Below, one piece after another: positions 12,316 through 25,810 of a stretch of DNA of 64,000 nt (positions are counted from its first letter, which is position 1; the number at the start of each line of letters is the position of its first letter). The notes under the pieces are model-generated. The model was not told the origin of the DNA. It did not search any database and worked only from the letters and a program-made list of their open reading frames with translations. The position numbers and the translations under genes were made by a program. The DNA comes from Chiloscyllium plagiosum (lineage: Eukaryota), in assembly GCF_004010195.1 (NCBI RefSeq), contig NC_057719.1:34631692-34695691 (forward strand). Direction: 5' to 3'.

Positions 12316-12624
12316 GCATGCCTCGATAGAATCAAATATGTTCCAGAGCTAAATCAAGCAGGGTTTGTTTCCTCTTTGGAGAAGAGGTGTGCCACATCAG
12401 GAAGTATTTGAGAAAACATTATGCTGCATATTATTTTTATATGATTCCATTTTAAGATTGCAAAGTTGATCCAATTCTATTGCTTCTCTCACATGTATTT
12501 CCAAACTGTCTTCAAATGCGCTCCCCAAATCAAATGCCAATTTTTGGCCACCTACAATGAATGCTGACAACTACACTATGTCCTTTATATTCATTAAACA
12601 TATTCTCATGAAATCTGTCTTAAC

Positions 12625-13160
12625 ATACAAATATACAAATGTAGAGAAGCAGAAGGCCATTCAGCCCTGGAGCATACTCCATCATTCTATAAAATCTTGG
12701 GTGGTCTGATTGTAACCTCAAATCTGCATTCCTGCCTACCCCTGATAATCTTTCACCCCCTTGTTCAACGCAGAAGCTATCCACCACTGCCTCAAAAATA
12801 TTCAAAGATTCTGCTTCAACCACCTTTTCAGGAAGTGAGTTCCAAAGACTCACGACCCTCTAAGGGAAATAATTTTGCCTCGTCTCTGTTCTATGTGGGT
12901 CACCCTTTATTTTTAAACAGTAAAGACTAGCTGGTGACTATTCCATAAAAGGAACGATCCTCTCCATTTCCAATTTGTCAAGGTGCCTCAGGATCTTTTA
13001 GGTTCCAATTAAATTGCCTCTTACTCTTCAGCAGGTGCAAGTCAGCATGTCCAATCTTTTCTCATAGGCTGATCCCCTTATTACTAGTATTAAGCAGCTA
13101 AACCTTGCCTTTATCATTTCCAGTGTGTTTACATCCTTCCTTAAGTAAGATGAACAAACC
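12625..13160 (-). mobile_element. CR1 3' fragment
   Basis: ORF 12620-12853 LWNSLPEKVVEAESLNIF is the CR1 ORF2 C-terminal motif. Confidence 0.75.
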
Positions 13161-13954
13161 TATTAGATCTTATATTTTCTAATGAGAGTACGTGTCACGG
13201 TGGTAGTAGTATTGCAGCTTTATTTTTCAGGACACCTTCATTTCTCAGAGCAATAAGGCACACACAAAGCTTCAGAATGTTTTAACTTATGTAATTTAAA
13301 CCTAGAGCACACATGCATCCCCCCCATTCCTTTTGATTACTATTGATCAGCAGCACTGGGTTATCCCTTTGTAATTGGTTGTCTGGTACAGCATCTTGCA
13401 CTGTTCAAGCTTGCCTCAGCAGTTCCAATGCATTTCCAATTAAGCTAATCATACCACTGAATGACAAAGAGATGGACAGGCATGTGGTCCAATCCCACTC
13501 TTTTATGATGTTTCCCAGACTTTCTTATTTTCCTTTTTGACACTTATCACATGGATATTGTAATCAAGTAACATTTGCCAGCTGCACCGTGTTAACTGGA
13601 TTAATTGGATACTTGTATATTACTTCAGAACCTTTTAAATTTCTCAATATAGGAAATGCACAAGTATATTAATTTTTGATCAGTTTCAACAAAGCTATGT
13701 GGTTACATCTAATGCTAGAATTCTTTAGCTAACAAGTTGTGTCTTAATGGGTTCATTCAATCCACATTCCAATGTTTGCTCATTGCTGTATCTATGATAC
13801 ATTTCTCCCTGTAATGATAATTGGGGGGGGATGTTTTGTGTCTGAAACTGGTTTGAATTTTTTCCTCAAATGCTGTGAGTGATTTTTTTTACGTGGGTCT
13901 ATAACTACTTTGGAATCTATATCTACAATTATCTGAAGAATCTTAACTAAAACC

Positions 13955-14225
13955 TAGATTAGATTAGATTAGATTAGATTACTTACAGTGTGGAAACAGG
14001 CCCTTCGGCCCAACAAGTCCACACCGATCCGCCCAAGCGCAACCCACCCATATCCCTACATTTACCCCTTACCTAACACTACGGGCAATTTAGCATGGCC
14101 AATTCACCTAACCTGCACATCTTTGGACTGTGGGAGGAAACCGGAGCACCCGGAGGAAACCCACGCAGACACGGGGAGAACGTGCAAACTCCACACAGTC
14201 AGTCGCCTGAGGCGGGAATTGAACC
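13955..14225 (-). mobile_element. Young HE1-like V-SINE, 5'-truncated at the B box
   Basis: (TAGAT)n tail, near-consensus body, stops at GGCGGGAATTGAACC. Confidence 0.9.
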
Positions 14226-14362
14226 TAATCTTAATATTGTAACAGATTGATTCAATAATTCAAGAGAAACAATTATTTCATGTGCAATGTTCTTATCTAT
14301 ATCATGTGTAAGCAATTGCAGCAGCACACTCTATCTGAGTCCGGTAACCTTAAGTCTACAGA

Positions 14363-14885
14363 GCCATAAGACCATAAGACCATAAGACCATAAGAGATAG
14401 GAGTAGAAGTAAGGTCATTCAGCCCATCGAGTCCACTCCGTCATTTAATCATGGCTGATGGGCTTTTCAACTCCACTTACGCGCGTTCTCACTGTAGCCC
14501 TTAATTTCTTGTGAGATCAAGAATTTGTCAATCTCTGCCTTGAAGACATTTGACGTCCTGGCCTCCACTGCGCTCTGTGGCAATGAATTCCACAGGCCCA
14601 CCACTCTCTAGCTGAAGAAATGTCTCCTAATTTCCATTCTAAATTGACCCTCTCTAAATCTAAGGCTGTGTCCACGGTCCTAGACTATCCGCCAAATGGA
14701 AACAACTTCCCAGCGACCACCCTTTCTAAGCCATGCATTTTCTTGTAAGTTTCTATTACATCTCCCCTCAATCTTCTAAAATCAAATGAACGCAATCCCT
14801 GAGCCATTCATTGTATGTTAGGCCTACCATTCCAAGATCATCCATGTGAATCTCTGCTGGACACGCTGTAGTGCCAGTATGTCCC
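14363..14885 (-). mobile_element. CR1 3' fragment with (GACCATAA)n tail
   Basis: CCATAAGA tandem repeats at 14364-14395, then AGGTCATTCAGCCCATCGAG and AATGAATTCCACAGGCC. Confidence 0.8.
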
Positions 14886-15029
14886 AAGCCAATAGTGCCA
14901 GAGTCACTATTGTTCTACTTGTGAAGACTACATTAAGCAAATAATTTTCTCAAGTTCTCTAACTACTGTCAGCCATTTTCTGCTGCATTATCCATGGGCA
15001 GCCATTGACCATTTTGTGCTGCTCAGTCA

Positions 15030-15805
15030 TGGGCATCCCTAACAAAACCTGTACACAAAATTCAGCATGTGGTCTCACCAGAGTCCTATATAACTGAAAA
15101 ATAACTTGCCACTTCTGCATTCACTTTCTTTCACAATAAATGGTAATGTTCCATTAACTTTCCCATGTCCTTGGGCATCCAGTCTCTCTCCATTTCTGCA
15201 ATGTCTCTCCATTTTGAAACCATTTATTTATTATTTTTCCTTTCAAAATGAACAATTTCACACTTTCTTATTCCATTTGACAGATCTTTGCTTACTCATT
15301 TAATCCAACTATAGTTTTTAGTACCTTTCTTACGTCTTCCTCACAACTTATTTGTCTATTTATCTTTATGCAACATTTGGATGAAGAAATGGAAAATATA
15401 TCTGCCAAATTTGAAATCAAATTGCAAACAGTGGAGTTCCCAGCACCAATTTCTGTGGCACACCACTCATTACAGTTTGTCAACTTGAAAATTGTCCATT
15501 TATACCTAATCTCTGCTTCCTGTTAGCCAGTTTATCTTGTATAAGTGCAAATATGCAACACCTACGTCATAAACTTTTATTTTCCACAGTAACCTTTGAT
15601 GTGGTACTTAAATGCCAAATGAAAATACAAGTAGAGTACATCAAAAGGTTCCTTTTATCCATAGCATATGTTATTTCCTCAAATAGCTCCAATAAGTTGA
15701 TGAAACATAATTCCACCCTATCTCCCCTTCCCACCCACCCACCCCTCACAAAATCATGTTGACTCTTCCTGATTACCTTGAATTTATTTAAGGACTCAGC
15801 TAACT
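15030..15805 (-). mobile_element. Old CR1 RT fragment
   Basis: ORF 15567-15827 SQHDFV...CFINLLELFEEIT. Confidence 0.65.
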
Positions 15806-15814
15806 TGGTCAGTG

Positions 15815-17315
15815 GTGGTGCTACCAAGCCAGTCTTAGTGGTGGATGCTGAAGTCTCCCACTAGAGTAAATTGTGTGCACTTGCTCCCCTCAGTGCTTCT
15901 TCTAAGTTGTGTTCAACATGGAGAAGTACTGATTCTTCGGCCAAACATGGTGAGACGTAGTAATCAGCAGTAGATTTTTTTTGCCAAAATTTGATTTGCC
16001 ATGAAATTTCATGGGGTCTGGTGTCAATGTTGAGGATTTCCAGGGCAACTCCCTCCCAGTTATATACCACTGTGCTACAACCTCTGCTGGGTCTGCCCTG
16101 TCAGTGGGACAGAACATATCAAGGCATTGTAATAGTGATGTCTGGGACATAATCTGTGAAGTATGATTCCATAAGTATGACTATTTCAGGCTCTTGCTTG
16201 ACTGGTGTTATGAAGGTGTAAGGGGTACTGTACCTTTAAGAGGGTTGAAAGCTAGCAAGGACTTAGAGAGGCACAGAGAGTCTGGAACAAGGTAACAATG
16301 TAACGGTTGGTCAAAATAGCTAACACTGGCTGGGTTGCTATGAGACAAAAACAATATCAAATTTGGCCAATCAGTTTAAATTATCCCCCAAGATACCAAA
16401 CTCCAATCAAGTTAGAATTTAGTATTTTGACAATATTAAAATGAACGAAACGATCCGATGTTTGGGGGTATAAACATCAGACGGTTTGAACGGTTAGTCA
16501 GAGCAGCAAGGAGAACTGCCAAAAGACCAACAGATGTGGGATGCTAGTAAGAACTCTTTGAGAGATACATGTCTGGAGAAGGAGTTCGCACATAAAAAAA
16601 AACGACCTGGAAAGGAAATCTACAGAGGAAGATACAAACCGAAGATTCGGCAGCTGACTGGTTTTGAAATTTGAATTTTGCTGTAAATCTTAATTAGAGG
16701 CTTTATTAGACCAGTATTGTAGAGGGGAAAGTAAAAGATAGGTATAGATAAATGAGTTGTAAATAGTTGTTAGCTAATTATTCCCTAAGTTGTTAATTTT
16801 TACTTTAAATAGTGACTTTTGGTTCTTTGCCTCGCGAATTTTCACAGATTACAGCACAGGGTGAATCTTTTCTGTGTTGCTGGTTTAAATTAACAGGCGG
16901 GGGTTTACCCTGTGTCGTAACATTAGTCTGCAGGAAAGCTCTCCCAATCATGGCACAAAACTCCAGATTTTCATCAGAAAGACTTTGCAAATTGGTGATA
17001 GGTTTGTTGTTTTCATTCTGGTGCCTAGATCAATGCTGAGTGGTTTGGCCATTTCAGAGGGCAGTTAAGAGCCATACACGTTGCTATGGAACTGGAGTCT
17101 TTGTATGTCTAAAAGAAGTTAGCGAATCCGATGGGTTTTACCATAATCAACTATTGTTATATGATGACCATTAGATTAGCTTTTAATTTCAGAATTTACT
17201 AAATTTAAATTTCATCATTTGCTCTGCTATGATTCAAACCCTGTCCCTGAGCAGCAGTCAGAGGTTCTGGATAACTAATCCAGTGACATTACCATTAGGC
17301 ACAGCCACCCTCTGA
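15815..17315 (-). mobile_element. L2/Crack-like fragments split by a solo LTR
   Basis: Endonuclease-like translation VALEILNIDTRPHEISWQIK (ORF 15861-16070); host reads GCTTGACTGG|TTAGTCTG across the LTR. Confidence 0.55.
16206..16922 (+). mobile_element. Solo LTR (717 bp), probably Gypsy-like
   Basis: TGTTATGA...TCGTAACA termini; TATA-like GGGGTATAAA near 16465; degenerate 4-bp flanks CTGG/TTAG; 3' third matches 43026-43288 in reverse. Confidence 0.75.
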
Positions 17316-17464
17316 AATATTTTCAATATTTGATAATGCTTTCCAGTGTCATTCAGCTAAATTTTATTGCATGCCAATTGACAAGGTAAGATGGCAAGAA
17401 TGTGTAAATTGACAATAAAATAAACTGAACTTTTATAAAAGGCTTGGCACAGCTTCAGGCAAAA

Positions 17465-17910
17465 ATCAGGAAAGAGAAAAGACTATTTGGTCCATTGAGA
17501 CTTATCTCTGTAGCACAGTGATCTAAATTTATCATAGCAACTATTCCATTCTAATCCTATCTGCATGCACATGACCCTTATTCTTCTATTACCTCCTTGT
17601 TCATGTGCCTGTCTAAATGCTTCTTAAACATTACTATCACCTCTGCTTTAAACACCTTACCTGGCAGTGTGCTCCAGGCACCAACATCATCTGCATAAAA
17701 CATTTGCCTCACACATCTTCTTTAAATCTTTCCCCTCTTACCTTAATCCTATGCCCCTCAGTATATGACACTTCCAACCTGGGCAAAAGACTCTAACTAC
17801 CCTTCCTTACCTCTCTTCCTAACCTGATAAACTTCTTTTATCAGGTTACCCCACAGCCTTCCATGCTCTAGCAAAAACGAACCAAGTTTATTCAACCTCT
17901 CCTTGTAGCT
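17465..17910 (-). mobile_element. CR1 3' fragment
   Basis: SYKERLNKLGSFLLEHGRLWGNLI in ORF 17797-18129. Confidence 0.7.
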
Positions 17911-17914
17911 AATG

Positions 17915-18265
17915 ACAATGGTAAAGATGCAGTGCAGAAATTCACCAAGGATCCTGATCAGTATTTTGCAAACCCACAAGCACTTCCATCCAGAACCACA
18001 AGGGCAGCAGATACATGGGAACATCATGAGATGTAAGTTCCCCTCCAAGTCACTCACCATCCTGACTTGAAACCATATCACCATTCCTTCATTGTTGCTG
18101 GGTGAGAATCCTGGAATCCCCTTCCTCAAGGCTTTGTGGGTGAACTGCAGGTGGACTGCAGCAGTTCAAGAAGGCAGCTCATCACTACCTTCTCATAAGC
18201 AACTAGGAATGGGCGGTAAATGCTGGCCAGCCAGGGACGCCTATATCCTATGAGTCAATAAAAAA
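17915..18265 (+). mobile_element. L2/Crack-like LINE 3' end
   Basis: GCAGCAGATACATGGGAAC...CCTGGAATCCCTTCC...GGCCAGCCAGGGACGCC...AATAAAAAA. Confidence 0.7.
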
Positions 18266-20827
18266 GTTGTAGGGAAATTATTCGAGAAGATTAAGGACAT
18301 GATTTATTCACATTTGGAAAAGAATGGATTTATTAGGGACAATCAGCGTGGTTTTATGCAGGAGGTGATCTTTGATGGAAATTTTTGAGGAAATGTTTGA
18401 TGAGCATAGGGCAGTGGCCATGTCCCACATGGACTTTACTCATTACTCATGACTACGTTTCTCAAATGAGGCTGGTCCTGATGATTAAGTCAACTGGGAC
18501 CCATGGTGCATGGTAAGTTGGATACAAAATTGGCTTGGTCATAGAAGACAGAGGGTAGTTATGGAGGAGTGTTTTTCTGTCAGGAAGTCTGTGATCAGTA
18601 GTGGTCTCCAAGGATCAGTGCTGGGACCTCTGTTATTTGTCAATATATAAAAGATTTTGATGAAAGATTTGATTTCAGATAGTCAACATGGTTTCGTCAA
18701 GGGCATGTAGTGTCTCACAAACCTCATTGAGTTTTTTGAGAAGGTGACCAAGCATAAAGATGAAAGTAAGCAGTTGTCGTGGTATAATGGACTTCAGTAA
18801 AGCCTTTGATAAGGTTCCACATGGTAGGCTATTGGAGAAAATGCAGAGGCATGGAATTGAGGGTGATTTAGCAGTTTGGATTAGAAACTGGCTTTCTGAA
18901 AGAAGGCAAACGAGTGGTGGTTGATGGAAAATATTCAGCCTGGAGACCGGTTAGCAGTGGTAGTTTTGGGACCACTGCTGTTTGTCATTTTTATAAATGA
19001 CTTAGACGCAGGCATAGATGGATGGATTAGTAAATTTGCAGATGACACTAAAGTCGGTGGAATAGTGGACAGTTTGGAAGAATGTTACAGGTTGCAGGGA
19101 GAATTGGATAAACTGCAGAACTGGGCTGAGAGGTGGAAAATGGAGTTCAATGCAGCTAAATGTGAGGTGATGCACCTTGGGAAGAATAACAGGAAGGCAG
19201 AGTACTAGGTCAATGGAAAGATTCTTGGTAGTGTGGATGTGCAGACGGATCTTGGAGTCCATGTACATAGATCCCTGAAAGTTGCCACCCAGGTGGATAG
19301 TGCTGTTAAGAAGGCATACAGTGTGTTAGATTTCATTTGTAAAGGGATTGAGTTCCGGATCCACAATACCATGCTGCAACCATACAAAATGCTGGTGCGG
19401 CCACACTTGGAATATTGTGTACAGTTCTGGTCACCATATTTAGGGAAGGATGTGGAAGCATCAGAAAAGATGCAGAGGAGATTTACCAGGATGTTGCCTG
19501 GTCTGGAGGGAAGGTCTAATGAGGAAAGGCTGAGAGACTTGAACCTGTTCTCATTGGCAAGAAGAAGGCTAAGAAGGGATTTGATAGAGACATACAAGAT
19601 GATCAGAGGATTATATAGGGTAGACAGTGAAAGTCTTTTTCCTAGGATGATGACGTGATGAGGGGGCATAACTACAAATTGAGGTGTGATAGATTTAAGA
19701 CAGATGTCAGAGGCGGTTCTTTACGCAGAGAGTGGTATGGGTATGGAATGCCCTACCTGCTAATGTAGTTAACTCAGCCACATTAGGGAGATTTAAACAA
19801 TCCTTAGATAAGCACATGGATGATTTTGGGATAGTGTCGGGGGACAAGGTGAGAATAGTTCACAGGTCGGCGCAACATTGAGGGCCGAAGGGCCTGCACT
19901 GTATTGTTCTATGTTCTATGTTCTATATGTTCTAAACTGTAGGTGGTCTGATTAGTAAGCTTACAGACAAGGCATATCAAAAGATATAGCAGGTATAGAT
20001 CAGCTGAAAAGCTGGGCAAAAAAATGGCAAATCGAGTTTCATCTAGACAAATGAGAGGTGATGCATTTTGAAAGGTCAAATAAAAGGGGAAAGTATACAG
20101 TAAATAGCAGGACTCTTAGGAACACTGATGTACAAAGGGATGCAAGTCTATAGCTCCCGGAGACTGGCAACACTCATGCATAAGGTGATAAAGAAGGCAT
20201 ATGGCATGCTTGCCTTCATTGATTGGGGCATTGAGTACAAAAGTGGGAAAGTCATACTGAAGCTGTACAAAACTTCAATTAGCCCACGTTTGGAGCATTG
20301 TGTGCAGTTCTGGTAGCCACAATATAGGAAGGATTTGGAGGCTTTGGAGAGGGTCCATTAAAGGCTGCCCAGGATGTTGTCTGGGTTTGAGTGTGTTAGC
20401 TATAAGGAGAGGTTGGACAAACCTGAATTGTTTTCATGAAGGCAAATGGGTGGTCTGATAGAGGTATATAAAATTATGAGAAGCATGAATAGGATGGACT
20501 GTTAAAGTCAAAGGTTTAAAGAAGGTGAATGTTTAAAGGAGATGTACATAAGACCAGACGGTATAAGTTTTCAGTTGGGGAGTAAGTGGTTTAGTGGGGA
20601 TTTAAGCAAACATTTATTTCACCCAGGAGGCAGTGGGAATGTGGAACACACTGCCTGAGAAGATGGTGGAGACAGGTACCCTCACAACATTGAAGAACCG
20701 TCTGGGTGAGTACTTAAAATGCCAAGGTATTATAGGCTATGGAACAAGTGCAGGTAAATGGAAGTGAAGTTTGGATTTCGTTGGTGAGCACAGGCATGGT
20801 TAGCCAGAGGGCCTGTGACTCTCTGAC
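18266..20827 (+). mobile_element. Older CR1 ORF2 fragment hosting a younger CR1
   Basis: RT motifs at 18340-18660; ORF 20128-20316 KAYGMLAFI...PRLEHCVQFW; 3' end AGAGGGCCTGTGACTCT. Confidence 0.75.
18665..19933 (+). mobile_element. 5'-truncated CR1 (RT through 3' UTR), nested
   Basis: ORF 18921-19208 ([13 protein letters not shown]...KFADDTK) and ORF 19233-19658 (VRPHLEYCVQFW); (GTTCTAT)n tail at 19906-19933. Confidence 0.9.
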
Positions 20828-22532
20828 TCCATGAGGATCTTTTGGGTTTTTGTCAGAAAGAACAGAGAATTTTATTTTTATTAATCCTTAAATCTCCAAA
20901 GTGAAGGTATGTTTGACTTCCTGTTGTTCTTTGTCCGTTACCTGCTTTTCATTAAAATAAAAAATGATAGCTTCTTTAAATAACTGATTTTCTGACAGAA
21001 TGTCAAAAGTGTGACAATCCATAGTTAAGTGTTTCCATTTTTTGTGCTTTAAATTGCTGATGTAAATTTTTTTATGCAGTGTATTGTCTCTCTGGTATTG
21101 TTTTACTTGGCTTCTCTATTATTTTTAAAGTTATATGTTAGTGCTGCCCCTTTAAAACCTTTCTGGCTTGTACTGGTAGGTTTTGGCCTATAGGTGATGT
21201 TCCTACCAAAAATGAATGATGCCATCACATCAGCTTTTCTTTATAATTGATTTGGAAAATAAAAATGGCAGGATCGACCAACATCTGGACACAGGTAAGT
21301 TCTTTTAATGTAGAAAATTATTTTAATGTGTTTAAGCTATATTTTCTTCTAGGGGTCTTTTCAGAACCATTTAAAACTGCCATTTTTCTTTTCAAATTGC
21401 ATAAGTTAGCTTTTATATTTGTAGCTTCTTATTTTTCTTGGAGAAAGAAAAAGGAGAGTATTCATTTTTGCCTCAGTAGAGGTTTGAAGCCTTAGTTTTG
21501 GTTTTGAGCATAACTCTAGTTCAGAACTCACAAAAAGTTCAATAAGCTTTTCAGCTAAGTTAACGTCAGTGAAACTATATTCTGTACCTTTACATCAACA
21601 GCTGACAACAAATTGATTGATCTTTTCACTTAGCTTTTGGCAGCATGACGTGAACTCAAGCCTGTACATCCCCAAGTTCACTCGACCTTAAAACTGGAGA
21701 GGTTTGGAATTTAATAGTTGACTGTTACTGCCATCATGATGCCATTTATGTTATCTGCAATTGTAGGTAATCAGACTATTCATAAGTGTTTATTTAAAGG
21801 GCAGAAATATCTCAGACTTACACACATAGTCGGGGTTTTGTGATTCCTGATGTTAATGTACTTTACACACATGGCTGACTGATTACATTGACTCCATTAC
21901 ACAGAGAGGCAAGGCAATTTCATTTATATTGAAATGGACATTTTGTGAAGGCAGTTTTTAAGTTCATTCATGGAGTGTGGACCACATTCTTTGCCCATCC
22001 CTAAATACCTAGGAGATGATGGAGAGTTGCCTTCGTCAATTGCTGTAGTTTATTTGGTGTAGATGATCCCACAATGCTGTTGGGGAGGGAGTTCCAGGAT
22101 CTTAACACAGCAACAACCCATGTAACAGTCATGAAGTTATAGTGCTAAGTGGTATGAAATCTGTGGTATTATGAGGGATGAAGTATAGAGGGAATAAAAA
22201 TTATATTTGGAGCAGGGCTGTTGTCTCTGAAAATTGATGTGAGCCTTCTGACTAGCCTCCTCCACATCCACACTCTTCTAGCACTCCTCCTGCATTGTAT
22301 CGCTGTTCGTGAAATCTAATCCCTCGCTATCCATCCATTTGAAACAAATATAAGGTGGGATGGGGTTCAGAGGCAGGCTCATATTTGAAAGTTGGGAAAG
22401 GGCCAGACTCACATTTTGTGAGCCAAAAAAAACACTTGACCCCTGCCATTCCGAGACCTCTTTGATTCAGGAAGCTTTGTTCCCACTTTAATGAGCTTAA
22501 TGGTCTTTGAAAGATAAATCTTCATTTTGCCA

Positions 22533-22632
22533 CTGTGGTGATTGTAATGAGGTCAGCCAGCTGCACAGTGGAGAAAATGAGTTCCCTGATTGGAGTTGTT
22601 AATCAGGGAGCTCCAGCTGACAGATAAGTACA
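22533..22632 (+). mobile_element. Short LTR, 5' half (split by a ~6.6-kb nested block)
   Basis: TGTGGTGATTGTAATGAGGTCAGCCAG matches the 5' end of the intact copy at 49231-49466 (-). Confidence 0.65.
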
Positions 22633-23019
22633 GAAATGCTTCGAGTGGCTGTTAGAGGGGAGGACAGTGGGGGTGAAGTTGACCAGGGTCGGGAATGTGC
22701 TGGGTGATGGGGTCTGGGTTGGATGCTGCTGCAGGAGTTGTTGAGCAGAGCGACGGTAGATAGAGTCATAGAGATGTATAGCATGGAAACAGACCCTTTA
22801 TTCCAACCAATCCATAAGGACCAGATATCCCAGCCAAGTCTTGTCCCACCTGCCAGCACCCTGCCAATATCTCTCCAAACCCTTCCTATTCATATACCCG
22901 TCCAGATGCCTTTTAAATGTTGCAATTGTACCAGCCTCCACCACATTTCATGGAATATGTTTCATGGAGAACTAGCCATTTGGATACAGAACTGGCTCAA
23001 AGGTAGAAGGCAGAGGGTG

Positions 23020-23185
23020 NNNNNNNNNNNNNNNNNNNNNNNNNNNNNNNNNNNNNNNNNNNNNNNNNNNNNNNNNNNNNNNNNNNNNNNNNNNNNNNNN
23101 NNNNNNNNNNNNNNNNNNNNNNNNNNNNNNNNNNNNNNNNNNNNNNNNNNNNNNNNNNNNNNNNNNNNNNNNNNNNNNNNNNNNN
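23020..23185. other. Assembly gap (N run)
   Basis: Run of n characters. Confidence 0.99.
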
Positions 23186-23252
23186 AAGGGCCTGTTTCCA
23201 CACTGTAAGTAATCTAAATCTAAATCTAAATCTAAAGTAATCTAAATCTAAA
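23186..23252 (+). mobile_element. 3' tail of an HE1-like SINE emerging from the gap
   Basis: AAGGGCCTGTTTCCACACTGTAAGTAATCTAAA with (TCTAAA)n. Confidence 0.8.
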
Positions 23253-23264
23253 TTCCCTGGCAGC

Positions 23265-25810
23265 TTATTCCATATATGTACCACTTTCTGTGTGAAAAAT
23301 GTTGCCCCTTAGGTTCCTTTTATATCTTTCCCCTCTCACCCTAAACCTATGCCCTCTAGTTCTAGACTCCCCACACCACCCCCCCCCAAGAAAGAGACTT
23401 TGTCTATTTATCCTATCCATGCCCCTCATGATTTTATAAACCTCTTGAAGATTATCCCTCAGCCTCCGACGCTCCAGGGAAAACAGCCCCAGCCTATTCA
23501 ACCTCTCCTGATAGCTCAAATCCTCCAAACCTGGCACCATCCTTGCAAATCCTTTCTGAAGCCTTTCAAATTTCACAACATCCTTCTGATAGGAAGGAGA
23601 CTAGAATTGCATGCAATATTCCAAAACTGGCCTAACCAATGTCCTGTACACTTGCAACATGACCTCCCAACTCCTATACGCAATACTCTGACCAATAAAG
23701 GAAAGCATACCAAATACCTTCTTCACTATCCTATCTACCTGCAACTCCACTTTCAAGGAGATATGAAGCTGCACTCCAAGGTCTCTTTGTTCAGAAACAC
23801 TCCGGAGGACCTTACCATAAAGTGTTTAAGTCCTGCTAAGATTTGCTTTCCCAAAATGCAGTACCTCGCATTTATCTGAATTAACTCCATCTGCCACTTC
23901 TAAGCCCATTGGCCCATCTGATCAAGTTCTTGTTGTAATCTGAGGTAGCCCTCTTCACTGTCCACAATACCTCAAATTTTGATGTCATTTGCAAACTTAC
24001 TAACTATACCTCTTATGCTCACATCCAAATCATTATATAAATGGCAAAAAGTAAAGGACCCAGCAACAATCATTGTGGCACTCTACTGGTCACAGGCCTC
24101 CAGTCTGAAAAACAACCCTCCATCACCACCCTCTGTCTTCTACCTTTGAGCCAGTTCTGTATCCAAATGGCTAGTTCTCCATGAAACGTATTCCATGATA
24201 TCTACCTTGCTAATCAGTCTCCCATGGGGAACCTTGTTGAACGCCTTACTGAAGTCCATATAGATCACATCCACTGCTCTGCCCTCTTCGATTCTCTTTG
24301 TTACTTCTTCAAAAAATCAAGTTTGTGAGACATGATTTCCTTCGCACAAAGCCATGTTGACTATCCCCAATCAGTCCGTGCCTTTCCAAATACATGTACA
24401 TCCTGTCCCTCAGGATTCCCTTCAACAACTTGCCCACTACTGACATCAGGCTCACCGGTCTATAGTTCCCTGACTTGTCCTTACCACTTCTCTTAAACAT
24501 TGGCACCACATTTGCCAACCTCCAGTCTTCCAGCACCTCAGCTGTGACTATTGATGATACAAATATCTCAGTGAGAGGCCCAGCAATCACTTCCCCAGCT
24601 TCCCACATAGTTCTAGGGTACACCTAATCAGGTCCTATGGATTTATCCACTTTTATGTTTTTCAAGACATCCAGCACTTCTTCCTCTGTAATATGGATAT
24701 TTTTGAAGATGTCACCATCTATTTCCCTACATTCTAAATCTTCCATGCCCTTTTCCACAGTAAATACTGATGCAAAATACTCATTAAGTACCTCCCCCAT
24801 CTCCTGCGGCTCCACACAAAGGCTGCCTTGCTGATCTTTGAGGGGCGAAAGCGAGGACTGCAGATACTGGAGATCAGAGTCTAGATTAGAGTGGTGCTGG
24901 AAAAGCACAGCAGGAGGAGCAAGAAAATCGATGTTTCGAGCAAAAGCCCTCATCAGGAATGAGCTTAGAGGGGCCCTATTCTCTCCCTAGTACCCTTTTG
25001 TTCTTTAATGTATTTGTAAAAACCCTTTGGATTCTCCTTAACCCTATTTGCCAAAGCTATCTCATGTCCCCTTTTTGCCGTCCTGACTTCTCTCTTAAGT
25101 ATATTCCTACTACCTTTATACTCTTCTAAGGATTCATTCGATCTATCCTGTCTATGCCTGACATATGCTTCCTTCTTTTTCTTAACCAAACCCTCAAGTT
25201 CTTTAGTCATCCAGCACTCTCTAAACTTAGCAGCCTTTCCTTTCACCCTAACAGGAATAGACGGTCTCTGGACTCTCATTACCTCATTTCTGAAGGCTTC
25301 CCATTTTCCAGCCGTCCCTTTATCTGAGAACATCTGCCCCCAATCAGCTTTTGAAAGTTCTTGCCTCATACCATAAAAATTGGCCTTCCTTCAATTGAGA
25401 CCTTCAACTTTTAGATCTGGTCTATCCTTTTCCATCACTATTTTACAACTAATAGAATTATGGTCGCTGGCCCCAAAGGGCTTCCCCACTGACACCTCAG
25501 TCACCTGGCCTGCCTTATTTTCCAAGAGTAGGTCAAGTTTTGCACCTACTCTATTAGGTATATCCGCATATTGATTCAGGAGATTTCCTTGTACACATTT
25601 AACAAATTCCTCTCCATCTAAACCCTTAACATTATGGCAATCCCAATCTATGTTTGGAAAGTTAAAATCCCCTACCCTAACCACCCTATTATTCTTACAG
25701 ATAGCTGAGATCTCCTTACAAATTTGTTTCTCAATTTCCCTCTGACTATTAGGGGGTCTATAATACAATCCCAGTAAGGTGATCATCCCTTTTTTATTTC
25801 TCAGTTCCAA
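23265..25810 (-). pseudogene. CR1 ORF2 (APE endonuclease plus reverse transcriptase), frameshifted
   Basis: Colinear ORF pieces 25391-25810, 24965-25369, 24624-24840, 24309-24623 and 23265-23576. Confidence 0.9.
24847..24964 (-). mobile_element. Penelope-derived mini-element with a canonical CUGAUGA hammerhead core, inserted in CR1 ORF2
   Basis: Minus strand CTGATGA-GGGC-TTTT-GCTC-GAAA-CATC (24956-24930); TSD TTTGAGGGGC 24837-24846 / TTAGAGGGGC 24965-24974; tail present. Confidence 0.8.

Noticed and set aside
14364..14395. (GACCATAA)n and other short tandem repeats as independent satellites or telomeric repeats
   Set aside because: Each sits at a CR1 or HE1 3' terminus and is the retroposon tail.
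23349..23879. 176-aa plus-strand ORF and similar antisense ORFs (19205-19669, 26379-26720, 54849-55184)
   Set aside because: Shadow frames on the opposite strand of CR1 or PLE coding sequence.
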